NCBI GenBank assembly: GCA_030550585.1
Contig: JAUQPB010000003.1
Span: forward strand, 196,333 to 260,332
Source: Thermoproteota archaeon
Lineage (GTDB): Archaea > Thermoproteota > Thermoprotei_A > Sulfolobales > Ignisphaeraceae
Direction of reading: 5' to 3'
Length of the DNA: 64,000 bases
Both the position numbers and the translations under genes were made by a program. Below, piece by piece: positions 10,618-20,706 of the stretch. Position 1 is the stretch's first letter; each line of letters opens with the position of its first letter. The notes below the pieces were generated by a model that was not told the DNA's origin, ran no database searches, and saw only the letters and a list, made by a program, of their open reading frames with translations.

Positions 10618-11331
10618 TTACACTAGTACCTGCCACTTCTTTAATGTTGTGTTGTATACAAGTAGTGCAGATTCCTTGAGTTTTTTGAAGAGCCGCAGGT
10701 CTATTGCATCTAAGATTTTTTGTAGTTCTTCATCATTATTAGTATTCAAGCTTTCTATTTTCTTAATAAATTCATTCCAATAAGCAGGTTCTACTGCTAT
10801 TCTCTCGTCCTTTCCTTCAATGATTTTTGCTCCTTCTCTTTCAAGCTTGCTGAAGAAACTATCTCTATCTCTTATTCTTGTTGCAATATCTCTTTCAAAT
10901 ATTACCTTTTGCTCACGGAGAATGTCTATAGCTGATTTCTTGCTTCCTCCCTTCTTCTCCTTACCCACAGATTTTTCAGAGGCTTGATAAGAGGAGACTA
11001 TTTTCTCTTCTAGGATCTTCACCCTTTCTTCCAATGCTTCTAGCCTCTCAATAAATTCACCGTACCTTCTATTGAGCTCGTCTATTTTTGATGTAAAAGG
11101 ATTGATTTTATCTTGTATTCTACGCTCAAGAAGCTGAACTATCTTATCAGCTGTTACAGTAGTTGATTTCTCTGTCTTTTCTGTCGTCTCTTTCGCTACG
11201 GGTTCCCTCCCTAGGCTTTTAGCTATTAGAGCTCTAGCATACTCGGAAACAGTTAGAAAACCTTCTGACTTAGCCCTAGCCAACAACTCTTCATATGTTT
11301 TCTCATCGACTCTTATTATAATGGTTTTCAT
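10618..11331 (-). CDS. CopG/ribbon-helix-helix protein with coiled coil and C-terminal domain
   Basis: N-terminal MKTIIIRVDEKTYEELLARAKSEGFLTVSEYARALI (RHH pattern); heptad region follows. Confidence 0.7.
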   Translation of the reverse strand: MKTIIIRVDEKTYEELLARAKSEGFLTVSEYARALIAKSLGREPVAKETTEKTEKSTTVTADKIVQLLERRIQDKINPFTSKIDELNRRYGEFIERLEALEERVKILEEKIVSSYQASEKSVGKEKKGGSKKSAIDILREQKVIFERDIATRIRDRDSFFSKLEREGAKIIEGKDERIAVEPAYWNEFIKKIESLNTNNDEELQKILDAIDLRLFKKLKESALLVYNTTLKKWQVLV

Positions 11332-11389
11332 TATTTAACCTACAGCCACTACTTAGTTATTTTATTGTATAAAAAGTGTTAAATTTTTA

Positions 11390-12583
11390 TCATATCTCAA
11401 CATATTTAAGTTGCTCTAATACATATTGCCTTATTTCATATGGTTTTGGAAGCTGAGACAATATTTTTCCATCTTCTAGCACCTTGCTAAGCATAGGCTT
11501 TGCTACTTCACCATTGCTACATACAATAGTTTTCCCTGGTACATCTACATAATCTTCAATAATTGGTTTACATCTATATAATTGCTTAAACCCTGGAAGC
11601 TTACCCCGTTTTGTAATAGGAATCCATCTTCCTTCTTTTTCGTCATATATTTCTACAATATCCATGCTCAAATCAACTGATGGTGGAAATGCTATTGATG
11701 TACCAACACCAAAAACATCTGCAACATCTCTCAATTTTTCTATATTATCTTCATCAAGCCCACCGCTTATAACTATCTTAACGTCTTCATATCCATGGAG
11801 TTTAAGAGTCCATTTAACCTCTTGAGCAATTAGATAGATGTCTCCTCTTCTACTTCTCGGAGTGTCGAGTCTAACTCCCCACAGTTTTTTTCCAAGAGCT
11901 TGCGCAGCAAGCAAACTTTCATAACGCTCATCATAGAATGTGTCAACAAGAGCTATGCGAGGAACATCTTCTGGCATTACATTGTCAAATGCTTTCCATG
12001 CTTTAACGGGATCTCCAAAAACTATTATTAGTGCATGTGGTATTGTCCCCCTTGGCTCAACACCAATGTATTCTTTGCTAAAGGCTCCGGAAACAGCATC
12101 ACAACCGCCTATATAAGCAGCTCTATCCAATGCAGGTGCCACTGCTGGATGTTGGGCCCTTAATCCAAAGAATATCACTTGTTTATCGCCAGCCTTCTTC
12201 TTTATTCTAGCTGCCTTTGTAGATACGCTACTATAAAATCTCAATATACCTAATAATGATGTTTCTATTTCTATTATATCACATATCCTACCTTCCAAAA
12301 CAGCTAGTGGCTGTAATGATGAAAACAATGTTCCTTCGGGCACAGAATAAAACGTTACACGCAAATTTTGCAATAGCGCTAAAGCCTCTTCTAGACCTGT
12401 GAAAACAGCCCATTTGTAATTATTTGGAAGACCATATGCATGAATCTCATATCTAACAATTTTGTCGCAAAGACCGTACCTTTTCAAAATCTCTTTACTT
12501 CTAACAAAGTATATGTCTGTAGCATACCCTTTTCTAATCTCCTCTTCACTAAGTATATAAAGTCTTGGATTAGAACCCGTCAT
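11390..12583 (-). CDS. pncB: Nicotinate phosphoribosyltransferase
   Basis: TDIYF, FGLRAQHP, GTIPHA, LVDTF, GVRLDTP, ISGGLDE, FGVGT. Confidence 0.92.
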   Translation of the reverse strand: MTGSNPRLYILSEEEIRKGYATDIYFVRSKEILKRYGLCDKIVRYEIHAYGLPNNYKWAVFTGLEEALALLQNLRVTFYSVPEGTLFSSLQPLAVLEGRICDIIEIETSLLGILRFYSSVSTKAARIKKKAGDKQVIFFGLRAQHPAVAPALDRAAYIGGCDAVSGAFSKEYIGVEPRGTIPHALIIVFGDPVKAWKAFDNVMPEDVPRIALVDTFYDERYESLLAAQALGKKLWGVRLDTPRSRRGDIYLIAQEVKWTLKLHGYEDVKIVISGGLDEDNIEKLRDVADVFGVGTSIAFPPSVDLSMDIVEIYDEKEGRWIPITKRGKLPGFKQLYRCKPIIEDYVDVPGKTIVCSNGEVAKPMLSKVLEDGKILSQLPKPYEIRQYVLEQLKYVEI

Positions 12584-12633
12584 TCAAGACTCCTTAAAAA
12601 TCTTGCGTATCGCTAAAGAAGTTTTATCTAAAT

Positions 12634-12897
12634 CTACTTTTCTTTGCTACCCTCTATTTTTACTCCTTTTTCTTCAGCTATTTTTCTAGGCATTATTGTA
12701 ATTATGCCTGTTTCTTCTTCCTTAATAACTACAAATTCCTTGCCATATTTATCCACAATATTTCTCGGTACATACAAGTTTAATGACAGTGTGTAGTAGT
12801 CATAACTATATGTTTTGTCTCTTATGTGCTTTTTGCCCACGATCCTTCGCGCCTCTACGAGCCTAGCCTTTGTTCTTCCTCCTATATTCAAACTCAT
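12634..12897 (-). CDS. Small basic DNA-binding protein (AbrB-like / possibly CC1 crenarchaeal chromatin protein family)
   Basis: YDYYTLSLNLYVPRNIVDKYGKEFVV...GIITIMP swapped-hairpin-like pattern; GGTGA RBS upstream. Confidence 0.5.
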   Translation of the reverse strand: MSLNIGGRTKARLVEARRIVGKKHIRDKTYSYDYYTLSLNLYVPRNIVDKYGKEFVVIKEEETGIITIMPRKIAEEKGVKIEGSKEK

Positions 12898-12967
12898 TGT
12901 TTCTCACCATAGGGTTTTCAGCTATTATTTTAACAAAAATAAGCTTTACTGAGATAAAAAAGCGTTA

Positions 12968-15886
12968 TTACTCAACGTATATACCAGGTCTTAGAGGTTG
13001 TGCTATTCTCTTCTTTGCTCCATAGTCTGGTGCTGCCGGGTCTTCCGCATCATATATCATAACCTTTGCGTTGATCTTCTTTTCGATATACATTTTTGTT
13101 ATCTTTAGAGCTTCTAGCTCATCAATATCACTTTCTATATAGAGTTTCCTAAGATCCTCCGGCACCGTTACTGCAATATCGTAAAGCGCTTTGATTACCT
13201 TTCCAAATTCTTTTTTGCTTAAATTCATTTCTTTAGAAACATTATCTATTATTTCATTCACTTTTAAACCAGTTGATAATGCTTTGAGCACATTCTTCAT
13301 GATCTTCTGCATGCTCTTTGAAGCAACATACACAATAACTAGATTGATACTAGGCTTTTTCAAGGCTTTCACTATATTACTAACATGATCTATTATCATA
13401 TCAGCATATCTAAGCGACATTAACATGTTTTTGTCGTAGCCCTTGGGCAGCTCTAGCACCTTTGCCGATATTCTACCCTCAGCAAAGGTTTTGCTCCATA
13501 TCTCCTCTGCTATATATGGTGTGTAAATGCTTATTAGACCAAGCCATATTCTAATCACATTTATAATCCTCCTTGAAGGTGTTTCAACAAGCTTTAGATA
13601 TGAATCTATCAACTCTTTTATTTCATAGAATATCTTGATCCCTGCCTCCCTTAATTTATACTCCTCTAATAGCTTCATTATTTCGTTAACAATGTAATCA
13701 AATTTTGCAAGAAACAGTTGATCGAGAGTTGTTTCCTCTGCTCTTAGCCTAGACGCATTATTATAGATTCGAATTATTGTATCATGTATTTCTAGTAACA
13801 GCTGAGGATATTCAGACTTGCCTAATTTGCTAAGCATATCCATGTCTATGTTTTCATCCTGATAAACCTCTGCATTCAGCGCCAGCAACAGCCTAACTAT
13901 ATCTGTCCCATATTCATCGATAAGATTCTTAAGCGGTATTATATTTCTTGCAGATTTGCTCATCTTCTGCTGTTTTATGAGAACCCATCCATTAGCTATT
14001 ATACCCCTAGGCCATAGGCTACTTGGAAACAAAGCTACATGGTTAAATATGAAGAATGTGAGGTGATTTGGAATCAAATCTTTACCGCTAACCCTCATAT
14101 CTAGGGGATACCAATACAAGAATTCTTTTCTTAAATAATCGACAACCTTGCTTTCAACATTAATTAACTTGGCCACATTTCCTACATCACCCCTACCCAG
14201 GAATACGTAATCCCAGAATTCCTTGGGCAATGCCTTGATTCCACGCAGAGCCTCTCTAATTCTGTGAACCACAGTATAAAAGGCCATGTATATAGTTGAG
14301 TCGCTAAGGCTTTCAATAATCCATTTTTCATCCCAAGGCAGAGGTGTTCCAAGCCCCCTAGTCCTTGCACATGCTCTTCTTTTAAGCCAATCTATTGTTG
14401 CTTCAAATTGTGCTCGAGCTTCTGGAGGCACTATCTTCATTTTCTCTAAAGCTTCTCTTGCAATGGTCTTCCAAGATTCGCTTCCATAATTTATGAACCA
14501 CTGGTCCTTCAATAGCTTCACAACAATTTCTGTGCCACATCTACAGTAGACAGGTTTGTTCAATATTTCATATATGATTGTGCCCAGATTGTTATTCACT
14601 ATAAGGCTCTCCATAGCTTCTCGAGCATTCTTGACAGGTCTACCACACACCTCCTTCTCTATATACTCTCTAAATCGATCCAAAACCTTGAGATCTTTGA
14701 CCATAAACCCTCTTTGATATTCCAGTGAATACACATATTTGGTTGCTTCATCAAGCTTCTCCCTCTCTGTTTGCGCCGAGATTTTGAATTGTTTTAATGC
14801 TTGATAAGCTGAGGCAACTCTTTCTCCATCGACCTCGATAATCACCTTTGGCGTTATGTTGCTAACAAGTTCTCTTAATTTATCACTACCTTTAATATCC
14901 TCCAAGGCGATAGCGTCATAGGGGGCGTGAGCAGGGACGCTCATAACAACACCTGTAGCGAATGACGTATCAACAAATGATGCAGGTAGTACGGGTACTC
15001 TTTCTCCTGTGATCGGATTTGTGACAAATACACCGATAAGAGAGCTACCTGGAAGTCTATCTACCACCTCGAAATCTAGCTGATATTTAAGTCTCGATGC
15101 AGCGTCTTCTCCCACGATCCACAAATCTCCATTACTTAACCTTATTTTCAAATAATATTTATCTGGGTTCACCCATATGTTGGTCACGCCAAATATGGTC
15201 TCAGGTCTCAATGTAGCTGTCGGATATGCTACACCATTATCATCCCTAAATAATATTGCCACAAATTCCCCTATCTCTGGCTCAACATCACCTTTAGTAT
15301 CATGCATACCTACAGGCATTTCATGTTTTGGACACCACCCCACTGGATGTGTGCCCCTCTCTATGTACCCCTTCTCGTAGAGTGTGAGAAATTGCCATTG
15401 TATAAATGATTTGTAGTCATCGTCTATGGTTGTGAACTCCCTTCTCCAATCAATTGAAAGTCCATAAAGTTTCATGACCTCCTTTGAAACATTGTGAAAA
15501 TATCTTGCCAAGTATAATGGATCTACCATTTTCTTGATATCCTCATCGACTACACCATAAACATTTTTGAACAAATAAAGCAGATCCTTATCCCCGTTTT
15601 CAATAGCCTCAGCCATTGTTATTATTGGTGTTCCTGTGTAATGGAACCCCATTGGAAACAATACATTGTATCCTTGTAGTCTTTTGAACCTAGCTATAAT
15701 ATCTGCTATTAGGTATGTTCTTCCATGTCCTATGTGAATAGGGCCATTGGGATACATATAAGCAGCAGTTATGAAAAACTTTGGTTTGGAGCTATCCGGA
15801 TCTGCTTGATATAGCTTTTCCTCATTTAGTATCTTACTCCATTTGTATGTTAGTTGAACGAAATATTCGTTAATATTATCAGCCAT
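12968..15886 (-). CDS. leuS: Leucine--tRNA ligase (archaeal type)
   Basis: YPNGPIHIGH, ATLRPETIFG, GVVMSVPAHAPYD, SLSDSTIY, GKDLIPNHL, KMSKS. Confidence 0.97.
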   Translation of the reverse strand: MADNINEYFVQLTYKWSKILNEEKLYQADPDSSKPKFFITAAYMYPNGPIHIGHGRTYLIADIIARFKRLQGYNVLFPMGFHYTGTPIITMAEAIENGDKDLLYLFKNVYGVVDEDIKKMVDPLYLARYFHNVSKEVMKLYGLSIDWRREFTTIDDDYKSFIQWQFLTLYEKGYIERGTHPVGWCPKHEMPVGMHDTKGDVEPEIGEFVAILFRDDNGVAYPTATLRPETIFGVTNIWVNPDKYYLKIRLSNGDLWIVGEDAASRLKYQLDFEVVDRLPGSSLIGVFVTNPITGERVPVLPASFVDTSFATGVVMSVPAHAPYDAIALEDIKGSDKLRELVSNITPKVIIEVDGERVASAYQALKQFKISAQTEREKLDEATKYVYSLEYQRGFMVKDLKVLDRFREYIEKEVCGRPVKNAREAMESLIVNNNLGTIIYEILNKPVYCRCGTEIVVKLLKDQWFINYGSESWKTIAREALEKMKIVPPEARAQFEATIDWLKRRACARTRGLGTPLPWDEKWIIESLSDSTIYMAFYTVVHRIREALRGIKALPKEFWDYVFLGRGDVGNVAKLINVESKVVDYLRKEFLYWYPLDMRVSGKDLIPNHLTFFIFNHVALFPSSLWPRGIIANGWVLIKQQKMSKSARNIIPLKNLIDEYGTDIVRLLLALNAEVYQDENIDMDMLSKLGKSEYPQLLLEIHDTIIRIYNNASRLRAEETTLDQLFLAKFDYIVNEIMKLLEEYKLREAGIKIFYEIKELIDSYLKLVETPSRRIINVIRIWLGLISIYTPYIAEEIWSKTFAEGRISAKVLELPKGYDKNMLMSLRYADMIIDHVSNIVKALKKPSINLVIVYVASKSMQKIMKNVLKALSTGLKVNEIIDNVSKEMNLSKKEFGKVIKALYDIAVTVPEDLRKLYIESDIDELEALKITKMYIEKKINAKVMIYDAEDPAAPDYGAKKRIAQPLRPGIYVE

Positions 15887-15976
15887 TTTGGACTACCCTT
15901 TATACATCACTTTAATCCTTTAATAATTTGCCAAAAATAATTTTAAATTTTAAATTAGAAGCTGGATTGGCTGAGA

Positions 15977-16198
15977 ATGTTGAGCAGGTGTACAACTGGA
16001 AGGGATATTGTAAAGGTTATTGTGTACTCAACCATATTCATAGTCCTAATAGACGTGATTATTCTACTTATTCTAAGTTTGATAACTATATTACGAAAGG
16101 CTCTCGGTGATGGACTTTCACTATCACTGTTGATTTTTATCGGTCTTCTTATAATCTATGGACTTTACACACTATTACGAAGAATTCTAAATTTGTGA
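15977..16198 (+). CDS. Small two-TM membrane protein
   Basis: Two hydrophobic helices; divergent from leuS. Confidence 0.5.
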   Translation: MLSRCTTGRDIVKVIVYSTIFIVLIDVIILLILSLITILRKALGDGLSLSLLIFIGLLIIYGLYTLLRRILNL

Positions 16199-16247
16199 TA
16201 CATTGATGCTTAAAACATATATTGCTGTGAGTAGAATTATAATGCGA

Positions 16248-16309
16248 TAGATGATGATCTTGGCCGTAACCGATGGATCTCTAATGAGGATTTTGGTAGC
16301 CTCTGAAAT
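16248..16309 (+). ncRNA. Box C/D guide sRNA
   Basis: C ATGATGA (16251) - tcttggccgtaa - D' CCGA - C' ATGAGGA - ttttggtagcct - D CTGA (16303); both guides 12 nt. Confidence 0.75.
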
Positions 16310-16322
16310 GGGATGACGAAAC

Positions 16323-17222
16323 TTGCCCCCTACAGATTTGATGAAGATATTATCGCGAACGGACCATATGATAAACAATTTCCTTATGTTCCTAAAGAAT
16401 ATGGGTTTTTCTAGTGGGCAAGGAAGCGAGTTTGTGAACCTCTTTCCCTATACATCTAATGTTATATGGGAAAAAGAGCCTCTTCTTTGCCTAGGAATGT
16501 CTGTATGCTATTCCGTTGGCGACAGGGTTGTTGAATACAATTCAAAGAGTTTTAATTATGATAATTTTTCCTTCGATTTTCCAGTTAAAAACAACATTTA
16601 CTGTTTTGATAATCTTTGTAAAATATGTGGCAACAATAATTACATTGCAATCTATTCTTCGCGCCAAATCGATGCACTACAAGTTGTTAGGGCTAAGCCT
16701 TTTGCATTAATAAAAACTGATTTAACAATAGTTAGCGAGTTATCATCGGTCATGGCTATTAATATAGTGGGAGAAAAAGGAGCGGGCTTGTCCGTAGCCT
16801 TTAAAAACCCAGCTAGGATTTCGTACTTGAGCCGCCATCACATCTTTATCGAATACTATGGAGATTGCATATATGTATCGAAGGAGCCTGTGATGATGGC
16901 TATTAGGAGATTGTTTATAGAGACATCCATGCACAGGTCTAACATAGTTATTGGTAGTTTGCACTACATACCTTTTATGGAGGTTGTTGATCCATATTCG
17001 GTTCTAGTTCCACAGAACTTCCATGACCGTTGCATAGAAATGTCCTTGTATAACATTACCGATAATGCCATTAACAGCATTATCAAAGTTTATGGTGGTA
17101 GGGTCGCAAAAATTCAGATAGATGATGTTGAATACGAATATAGACATAATGTTGTAAGAGTGGCTATGGCACCAACATCCAAGTCCCGACTGAGACTTTG
17201 TCTACAACCAAAAACAGTTTGA
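16323..17222 (+). CDS. Hypothetical protein
   Basis: Long ORF; start probably the ATG at 16368. Confidence 0.55.
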   Translation: MPPTDLMKILSRTDHMINNFLMFLKNMGFSSGQGSEFVNLFPYTSNVIWEKEPLLCLGMSVCYSVGDRVVEYNSKSFNYDNFSFDFPVKNNIYCFDNLCKICGNNNYIAIYSSRQIDALQVVRAKPFALIKTDLTIVSELSSVMAINIVGEKGAGLSVAFKNPARISYLSRHHIFIEYYGDCIYVSKEPVMMAIRRLFIETSMHRSNIVIGSLHYIPFMEVVDPYSVLVPQNFHDRCIEMSLYNITDNAINSIIKVYGGRVAKIQIDDVEYEYRHNVVRVAMAPTSKSRLRLCLQPKTV

Positions 17223-17227
17223 TCTTT

Positions 17228-17986
17228 CTACAATTCTAGTTGTGCCAATCTCTTCACTGCTTTAAGTAGCTGTGTCTCATAGGGTAGTCCAACGAATACA
17301 ACCCTACCATTTATCGCAATTGTAGGAACTGTTGTAACAGCATATTTGTCTGCTATATCTGGATTCTCATATGCTTCAACAACTACTGATTTTACATTGT
17401 TAGACCCATATAAACTGCTGGCATATGCAAACATATTTGCTAGCAAGACGGCATAGGGGCAGTAAGGACATGGAGGCGTTACAATAGTTTCTATCGTAGC
17501 TTTGCCTTCCAGCTTAGCCAATTCATTGACTGTTGCTGTAGAAAGTCCATGATCTCCTGTGCTTATTCTAATTATTGTTTCAACCAATGCTTTAATTTCT
17601 TCTCCTGCAGGCATTCCATAGTATGTTATAGCACCTTCAAGAAGCAGTATAGTTGGTACCCTACTAACATCGTATTTCTTAAACATATCATTGCTAGTCT
17701 CTAAATCATATTTTTCAATTACAATAGCCTTTTCAGAGCCTATTGGTGGGCTTGCCTCGATTAAAACATTTAGCAGTTTTTCTGTCTCTGAACATGAGAA
17801 GCATTGCCTATTATTACCAGATGTGAAAAGCTTTAGCTTGACTTGCGTCTTCATATCCCTTAGCGTTTCCTTAAGTGCTTCCATATCACTATCTGTGATG
17901 TCAAACTTAAACATTTCTTCAATATATGGTGGTAAACTGTACTCTGTTGTCATATCTGGTTCACCATACTTGAGACATTTTAACAT
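17228..17986 (-). CDS. Protein disulfide oxidoreductase (PDO, two thioredoxin folds)
   Basis: CFSC and CPYC active sites; RVPT and TVPT cis-Pro loops; GMPAGEE. Confidence 0.9.
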   Translation of the reverse strand: MLKCLKYGEPDMTTEYSLPPYIEEMFKFDITDSDMEALKETLRDMKTQVKLKLFTSGNNRQCFSCSETEKLLNVLIEASPPIGSEKAIVIEKYDLETSNDMFKKYDVSRVPTILLLEGAITYYGMPAGEEIKALVETIIRISTGDHGLSTATVNELAKLEGKATIETIVTPPCPYCPYAVLLANMFAYASSLYGSNNVKSVVVEAYENPDIADKYAVTTVPTIAINGRVVFVGLPYETQLLKAVKRLAQLEL

Positions 17987-18027
17987 CTTCTAATTCTACT
18001 TAAAAAGCATTTCTCATGTGAAAATCA

Positions 18028-18849
18028 CTATGAGTAATAATCTTTGTTGATGTATCTTTGAGCTAGCAACTTCACTCTTTCAACGTCGTTGCGTATTTTT
18101 TCATCTTTCAACTCCTCTAATCTCTTTTCATTCGACTGTAACACAAATTCGAATACCTTTGACGAATACACTGAGTTGAGTATCTTAGTGTTTGGAATAA
18201 GGCAGTGTCCCCCTATATAATCCGGGTAGTATATGGGTCTATCATGTAAAACTTCATGCACTTCGCCAACAAATTGTGCAATAGCTTCTATGTCTGCACC
18301 GAACCTCAGGGCTATTCTGTGTATTTCATGCCAAGAAGCTATCATTATAGCTCTGTAAACAGTTTCCCACAGTTTTGCTAGTTCTAGTGACTCTGGTTCG
18401 CCTCTATACTCTTTCACCTTGAATCCAGCAAGAAGATGGTGCAATACAAAAATTGATAGCTTTTCTAATGGAAGGCTTACGATCCATTTAGGCCAAAAGT
18501 ATAGATGTTTAACAATATTTGGATGCTTTCCTCTCACAGGTGAGAAGGCTGTTGGAACAAAGCTTGCATTGTAAACCTCTCTTGTGATCCCTGGAGCTAC
18601 CGTAGAATGTATCACAATATACTCAGGACTGAATTTAGCTACATACTGTTTTACAATATCAACGAATCTTGATGAATAAGGTATTGCTATATGCATGAAG
18701 TCAATGTTTCGAGGAATCTCTTCAAGCCTATTAATGGTTTTGTTGGGATCTATATCATATCCATAAACCTCAAACTTGCCACTATATTCAAATACCTTAT
18801 AAATCGCGCTACCGACCTCGCCAAGCCCAATTACAACTACCTTATCCAA
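18028..18849 (-). CDS. Short UDP-glucose/GDP-mannose dehydrogenase family protein
   Basis: IGLGEVG, HSTVAPG, SPVRG, ELAKLWET, IGGHCLIP; lacks the usual C-terminal UDP-binding domain. Confidence 0.8.
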   Translation of the reverse strand: MDKVVVIGLGEVGSAIYKVFEYSGKFEVYGYDIDPNKTINRLEEIPRNIDFMHIAIPYSSRFVDIVKQYVAKFSPEYIVIHSTVAPGITREVYNASFVPTAFSPVRGKHPNIVKHLYFWPKWIVSLPLEKLSIFVLHHLLAGFKVKEYRGEPESLELAKLWETVYRAIMIASWHEIHRIALRFGADIEAIAQFVGEVHEVLHDRPIYYPDYIGGHCLIPNTKILNSVYSSKVFEFVLQSNEKRLEELKDEKIRNDVERVKLLAQRYINKDYYS

Positions 18850-18989
18850 TCATAATCACCGTTCGTGGTTATACAAATTTTGCAACCTAGGCTTAAAAAT
18901 AGATAGATTCAAATGTTTAATACAAATGTCACTAGCATGAAACGTCTCTTCATAGAAATTGATAGGTATTCCAGCTCAAAGCTAAGTAC

Positions 18990-19050
18990 GCCTCAGTGCC
19001 GGAAATAGTTCATCATTATTTTACTCAGCCTAGGACGCCAACATCACAAT
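18990..19050 (-). ncRNA. Box C/D guide sRNA
   Basis: Minus strand C GTGATGT - tggcgtcctagg - D' CTGA - C' ATGATGA - actatttccggca - D CTGA. Confidence 0.75.
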
Positions 19051-19086
19051 CAATGTAGTGAAAGATTAAAAAACAATATGTGACGA

Positions 19087-19140
19087 GAATCAGAGTAGCT
19101 CAGCCACATCACATGTCAGTGCCTTTACCATCATCACAAA
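19087..19140 (-). ncRNA. Box C/D guide sRNA (D guide complementary to tRNA GUAGCUCAGCC)
   Basis: Minus strand C GTGATGA - tggtaaaggca - D' CTGA - C' GTGATGT - ggctgagctact - D CTGA. Confidence 0.85.
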
Positions 19141-19158
19141 TTATCACATTATTTATGA

Positions 19159-19560
19159 TTATGATCTTATTGCTTCGAAGCTGCTTCTATCTGCATAGTT
19201 TACTGTATAGTACTTTGGTTTTAAATTTCTTACAATGTATTCAAATGCTTTCCAGGGATCGCTTTTCTCGCCACAGGTATAAACATCGACTGTTGCATAT
19301 CTGTATTCTATCCAAGTATGGATAGCTATATGACTTTCGAGAACAAGTGCTATTACTGATACCCCTCCTTTTTTCCCTCCAAAGCTCCAACTCTTAACCT
19401 CATGCAAAGTCATATTAGCTATCTTAGCTGCTTCTATGACTATTTGCCTTAGCTTATCCTCATCTTTAGCTATATCTACATCGACTTCATATAGATTTCC
19501 ATACACATGCTTTCCTACTATTCTATCCATTTCAGTTTGATTATTATTGCCTTGATCCAT
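19159..19560 (-). CDS. Pyruvoyl-dependent SAM-decarboxylase-family proenzyme, likely the crenarchaeal arginine decarboxylase paralogue
   Basis: ESH self-cleavage site; [16 protein letters not shown] and DVYTCG; resembles the Sulfolobus SSO0536-type ArgDC as I recall it. Confidence 0.8.
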   Translation of the reverse strand: MDQGNNNQTEMDRIVGKHVYGNLYEVDVDIAKDEDKLRQIVIEAAKIANMTLHEVKSWSFGGKKGGVSVIALVLESHIAIHTWIEYRYATVDVYTCGEKSDPWKAFEYIVRNLKPKYYTVNYADRSSFEAIRS

Positions 19561-19689
19561 TTTTGTTTGACGCCTAGAGACGGGCTAGATATGAGTAACC
19601 GGCTTATAAGCTCTATGCTAAATAAATAGCCAAACCTTTTTGAAGTTTTATTCATTTAGTTAGTGGCATAGCTTTCATTTCTGCCTTTA

Positions 19690-20319
19690 TCATGATTGCG
19701 CTGTTTTCTTATTGGAACACAAAATTGCGTAGGGGCAATACGAGCACTCCCAACTGTATCTAGGAGCAGGTTTTAACGACAGAATACTTCGAATGAGATC
19801 TGCTACTTCGCCATCTGAAACAGGGTCTTCTATGAAATATTGCGATAACCTGTTTTGCGTGATATAGAGCAGTATGGCTTTTCTTAACCCCGTTAACCAG
19901 AGGTATAGCCTTGTCTGCAAAATGTGATGCTGATGTGGAATACTCAAATCTGATCTGCTTGACTTGATCTCTATTAACCAATCACCTATAACAGCATCTA
20001 CACGCCCTTTCACAATATATGTGGCACCATCAACCACCACCTCTTTTTCGTATTCTACTTCCAACCTCACATTGTCCTTGCCTAAGAGATCTTCAAGCAG
20101 TTTGCCAATGCCCAAATGAATTAGCTCTCCAGATATTGTAATAGGGTCAAACGCATTTGCTATTGCTATCTCTTTATACATCCTCTGGTAGTAGTATTTT
20201 AGTGGACAGTAAATTAGATCAGTAATGTAAATTTCATTCTCAAGCTTCTTTTCCAACCTTTTTCTAGCTTCCTCTATACGCCAACCATAAATCAGTTTAA
20301 CAATATCAAAATTCGACAT
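19690..20319 (-). CDS. cas4: Stand-alone Cas4-like PD-(D/E)XK Fe-S nuclease
   Basis: YCP, GELIH, GRVD, IEIKS, QTRLY, ECSYCPYAILC (four Fe-S cysteines). Confidence 0.85.
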   Translation of the reverse strand: MSNFDIVKLIYGWRIEEARKRLEKKLENEIYITDLIYCPLKYYYQRMYKEIAIANAFDPITISGELIHLGIGKLLEDLLGKDNVRLEVEYEKEVVVDGATYIVKGRVDAVIGDWLIEIKSSRSDLSIPHQHHILQTRLYLWLTGLRKAILLYITQNRLSQYFIEDPVSDGEVADLIRSILSLKPAPRYSWECSYCPYAILCSNKKTAQS

Positions 20320-20421
20320 GGTTTCCCCACTTACTTTACCTAGCTAATTAATAGAGTTGCTCAGTAACACGGGTTATCATCAAATCTTCAGAAACAGCCG
20401 TGATCATCATCCAATAGTTTT

Positions 20422-20676
20422 TTACTTTTTGACCCGTTTATATATTCTAATCAAAATCCTTGCAGCTAGCGTGAGTTTGTATCCACCGCCTTTGGTTCTT
20501 CTTATGAAGCCCTCTCTTCGCAACTTCCTCAGAATCGTCTTGGCTTTTTCTTTATCGATGCCCCACATTTCTGCTAGTTCATTAATTGTATATACATGTT
20601 CCTCATTTTTTCCCAGAGGATGGATATAGTCCATAAACTTTAGAAATTTCTGCATTAGGTCTGTATCTTGAGACAT
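20422..20676 (-). CDS. Small winged-helix DNA-binding protein
   Basis: YTINELAEMWGIDKEKAKTILRKLRREGFIRRTKGGGYKLT. Confidence 0.8.
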   Translation of the reverse strand: MSQDTDLMQKFLKFMDYIHPLGKNEEHVYTINELAEMWGIDKEKAKTILRKLRREGFIRRTKGGGYKLTLAARILIRIYKRVKK

Positions 20677-20706
20677 GATATTCCAACCCTTTATCCTAAG
20701 CTTAGT

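Noticed and set aside
19080-19325. Short ORFs overlapping intergenic gaps (also 10586-10783 and 16187-16378)
   Set aside because: They overlap real genes antisense and/or box C/D sRNAs that explain the sequence better
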